From Camelus dromedarius (Eukaryota): a DNA stretch of 64,000 bases. The position numbers and the translations under genes are program-made. The number at the start of each line of letters is the position of its first letter. The first letter of the stretch is position 1. The notes beneath the pieces are model-generated. The model saw nothing but the letters and a program-made list of their open reading frames with translations. It was not told where the DNA came from and did no database searches. Shown in pieces: positions 62,411 through 64,000 of this stretch. The stretch covers positions 35,528,001 through 35,592,000 of the forward strand of contig NC_087436.1 of NCBI RefSeq assembly GCF_036321535.1, read 5' to 3'.

Positions 62411-64000
62411 TGCCAAATGGAATATACAACTATGCCTTTTATTTATTCATCAGTTTGTTTCAACACATACTTATTTTAACCACTCAATAAACATATATTA
62501 AGCACCTTTTACGCACAAGATATAGTGACCTCTTGAATCAAATCTTCATAAATTCTTCTTGCTCAGGATCGACCATCTTTGACAGAGTGTACTTGCCTAT
62601 AGCAATGAACAGTTACAAACAATTTTTCTTCAATTTTCTTTAACTTTTGTTAAGTTGGTGTTTTCAATATAAATTCTTTCTTCCACTGGAAAACCCCAAT
62701 GGTATTCAAACATTACTTTTGGGAATTTTGACCTAATTTTTAAAAATATTTTATGTTAGAGCCTTATATGATCCTAACCAGATGCACACACTCTCTTTCT
62801 TTAATGATTGCACAATTTCTTAGGCTCTTTAACCAGTTCATTTAAAACATTCTTGTTGTCAAGACCGCAAATCCACAGAAGAGACTTCCCTGTTACAGTT
62901 CGCCCTCTGCACTAAGCCTGAGCTAATTAACATGGTCATCTCATGGTCAGTAAGAGGAAAGTTTCTTCTCCAGGAATGACATCCCTTGGGGTATGGCTTT
63001 TTACCACTTTCTGGTATCCCTGAGTTTCAGCCCCTCCACCCTAGCCATAGTCCAGACAGGCAGGTAACTCACATTCACATAACCTGTCTATTTCGTGAGG
63101 AAATCTAACTTGCAGAATACTTCTTAGTTGGTGACAGTCTTGAGTATTCAGAAAGTTCCACAAGGGGCTCTCTTGTACTACTTTTATTTTATGACCCCAA
63201 AGGATCCTCTTTGTAGACTTGCGACTTAGTCTCATCTCCCCCCTTCCCTAGGTGCAAACTGATTATTTCCCTCTGTCTGAGATTCCAGGCGGAGTGAGTA
63301 AGTGATCTTCATGCATTTGGCCCCAGGTCTGCCATTTCTCTTCAGGTCAAAGTGGTGTCTGAGCAGCTTCCCACCACCGCCTCAGCCAGCACCTCCCCGA
63401 GTTGTCCTTTCAAAGAGTCTTTGATTAGCCTGTTTAGTGTGCTTCTGGGCATTAAGCCCCACGCTCAGTTCTTCTTTCTCCAAATTCTGTTTCCCTCACC
63501 TCCTCTTCTTGATTTCTGTTTATAACCTGCTCTTGCTCTCCAGTGACGTCAGCCTTCCATCATGGCGTATCTCCACCTCTCAAGCCTCTTCCTCCCAGTT
63601 TCATTAACACGCTCCCGTATCTTCTCACAACTCTGTCCTCTGAGATCTTGAACCTGCTGGTCTAGCCTGCAGGAAGCCTCTTCTGACAGACTCTCTCTGA
63701 CTTAGGTTCCTAGATACTCTTTATCTTGTACAACTTCCAGCAGCCACCAGACGACAACTATTTAAGGGGGGTGGTTTTCTCTTCCAAAGACCGTGCCTCT
63801 GAATTTTTTCCTTTCTTTCACTCTGGCCACTCGCCACACCCTGACTGTCCACTGGGATCTATCAGGCACAGCCCTTTCGAGTGTACAACTATTTTGACTA
63901 CAATAAAAAGGGCTGTTAGGATACAAACTACATCCAGATGAGTGAAGTTACAAGTATCTAGTTCCATGTGACTTGGCTTGGCAGAGGTTGACAGCCTTAG

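Noticed and set aside
1..64000. CRISPR array, operon or prokaryote-type defence system
   Set aside because: The DNA is mammalian and repeat-rich. There are no regularly spaced direct repeats and no gene-dense ORFs.

Overview
This is mammalian non-coding DNA: AT-rich, CpG-depleted and full of repeats. It is most likely camelid (alpaca, llama or camel), because three tRNA-derived SINEs resemble the camelid Vic-1 family and I saw no Alu, Bov-tA, PRE1 or Can-SINE. I found no intact protein-coding gene. Every ORF in the track with a recognisable product is a broken LINE-1 ORF2 fragment. The window holds young and old L1s, HAL1, L2, MIR, probable CR1/L3, MLT1 and ERV1-type LTRs, and hAT DNA-transposon relics (MER3, MER5A, MER63, MER96/96B-like). 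The most notable non-routine items are: (1) an exact 37-nt 5' half of tRNA-Lys(CTT), inserted without a poly(A) tail between 15-bp direct repeats (57152-57188); (2) a near-consensus CTCF site at 1064-1082; (3) several minus-strand exon-like and recursive-splice-like signals, which together with the L1 orientation bias suggest a long intron or 5' region of a minus-strand transcript; (4) candidate enhancer motif clusters; (5) a 5'-inverted L1. I see no evidence for a novel multi-gene system. Repeat family names come from recalled consensus sequences and many boundaries are approximate, so both need RepeatMasker/Dfam confirmation.
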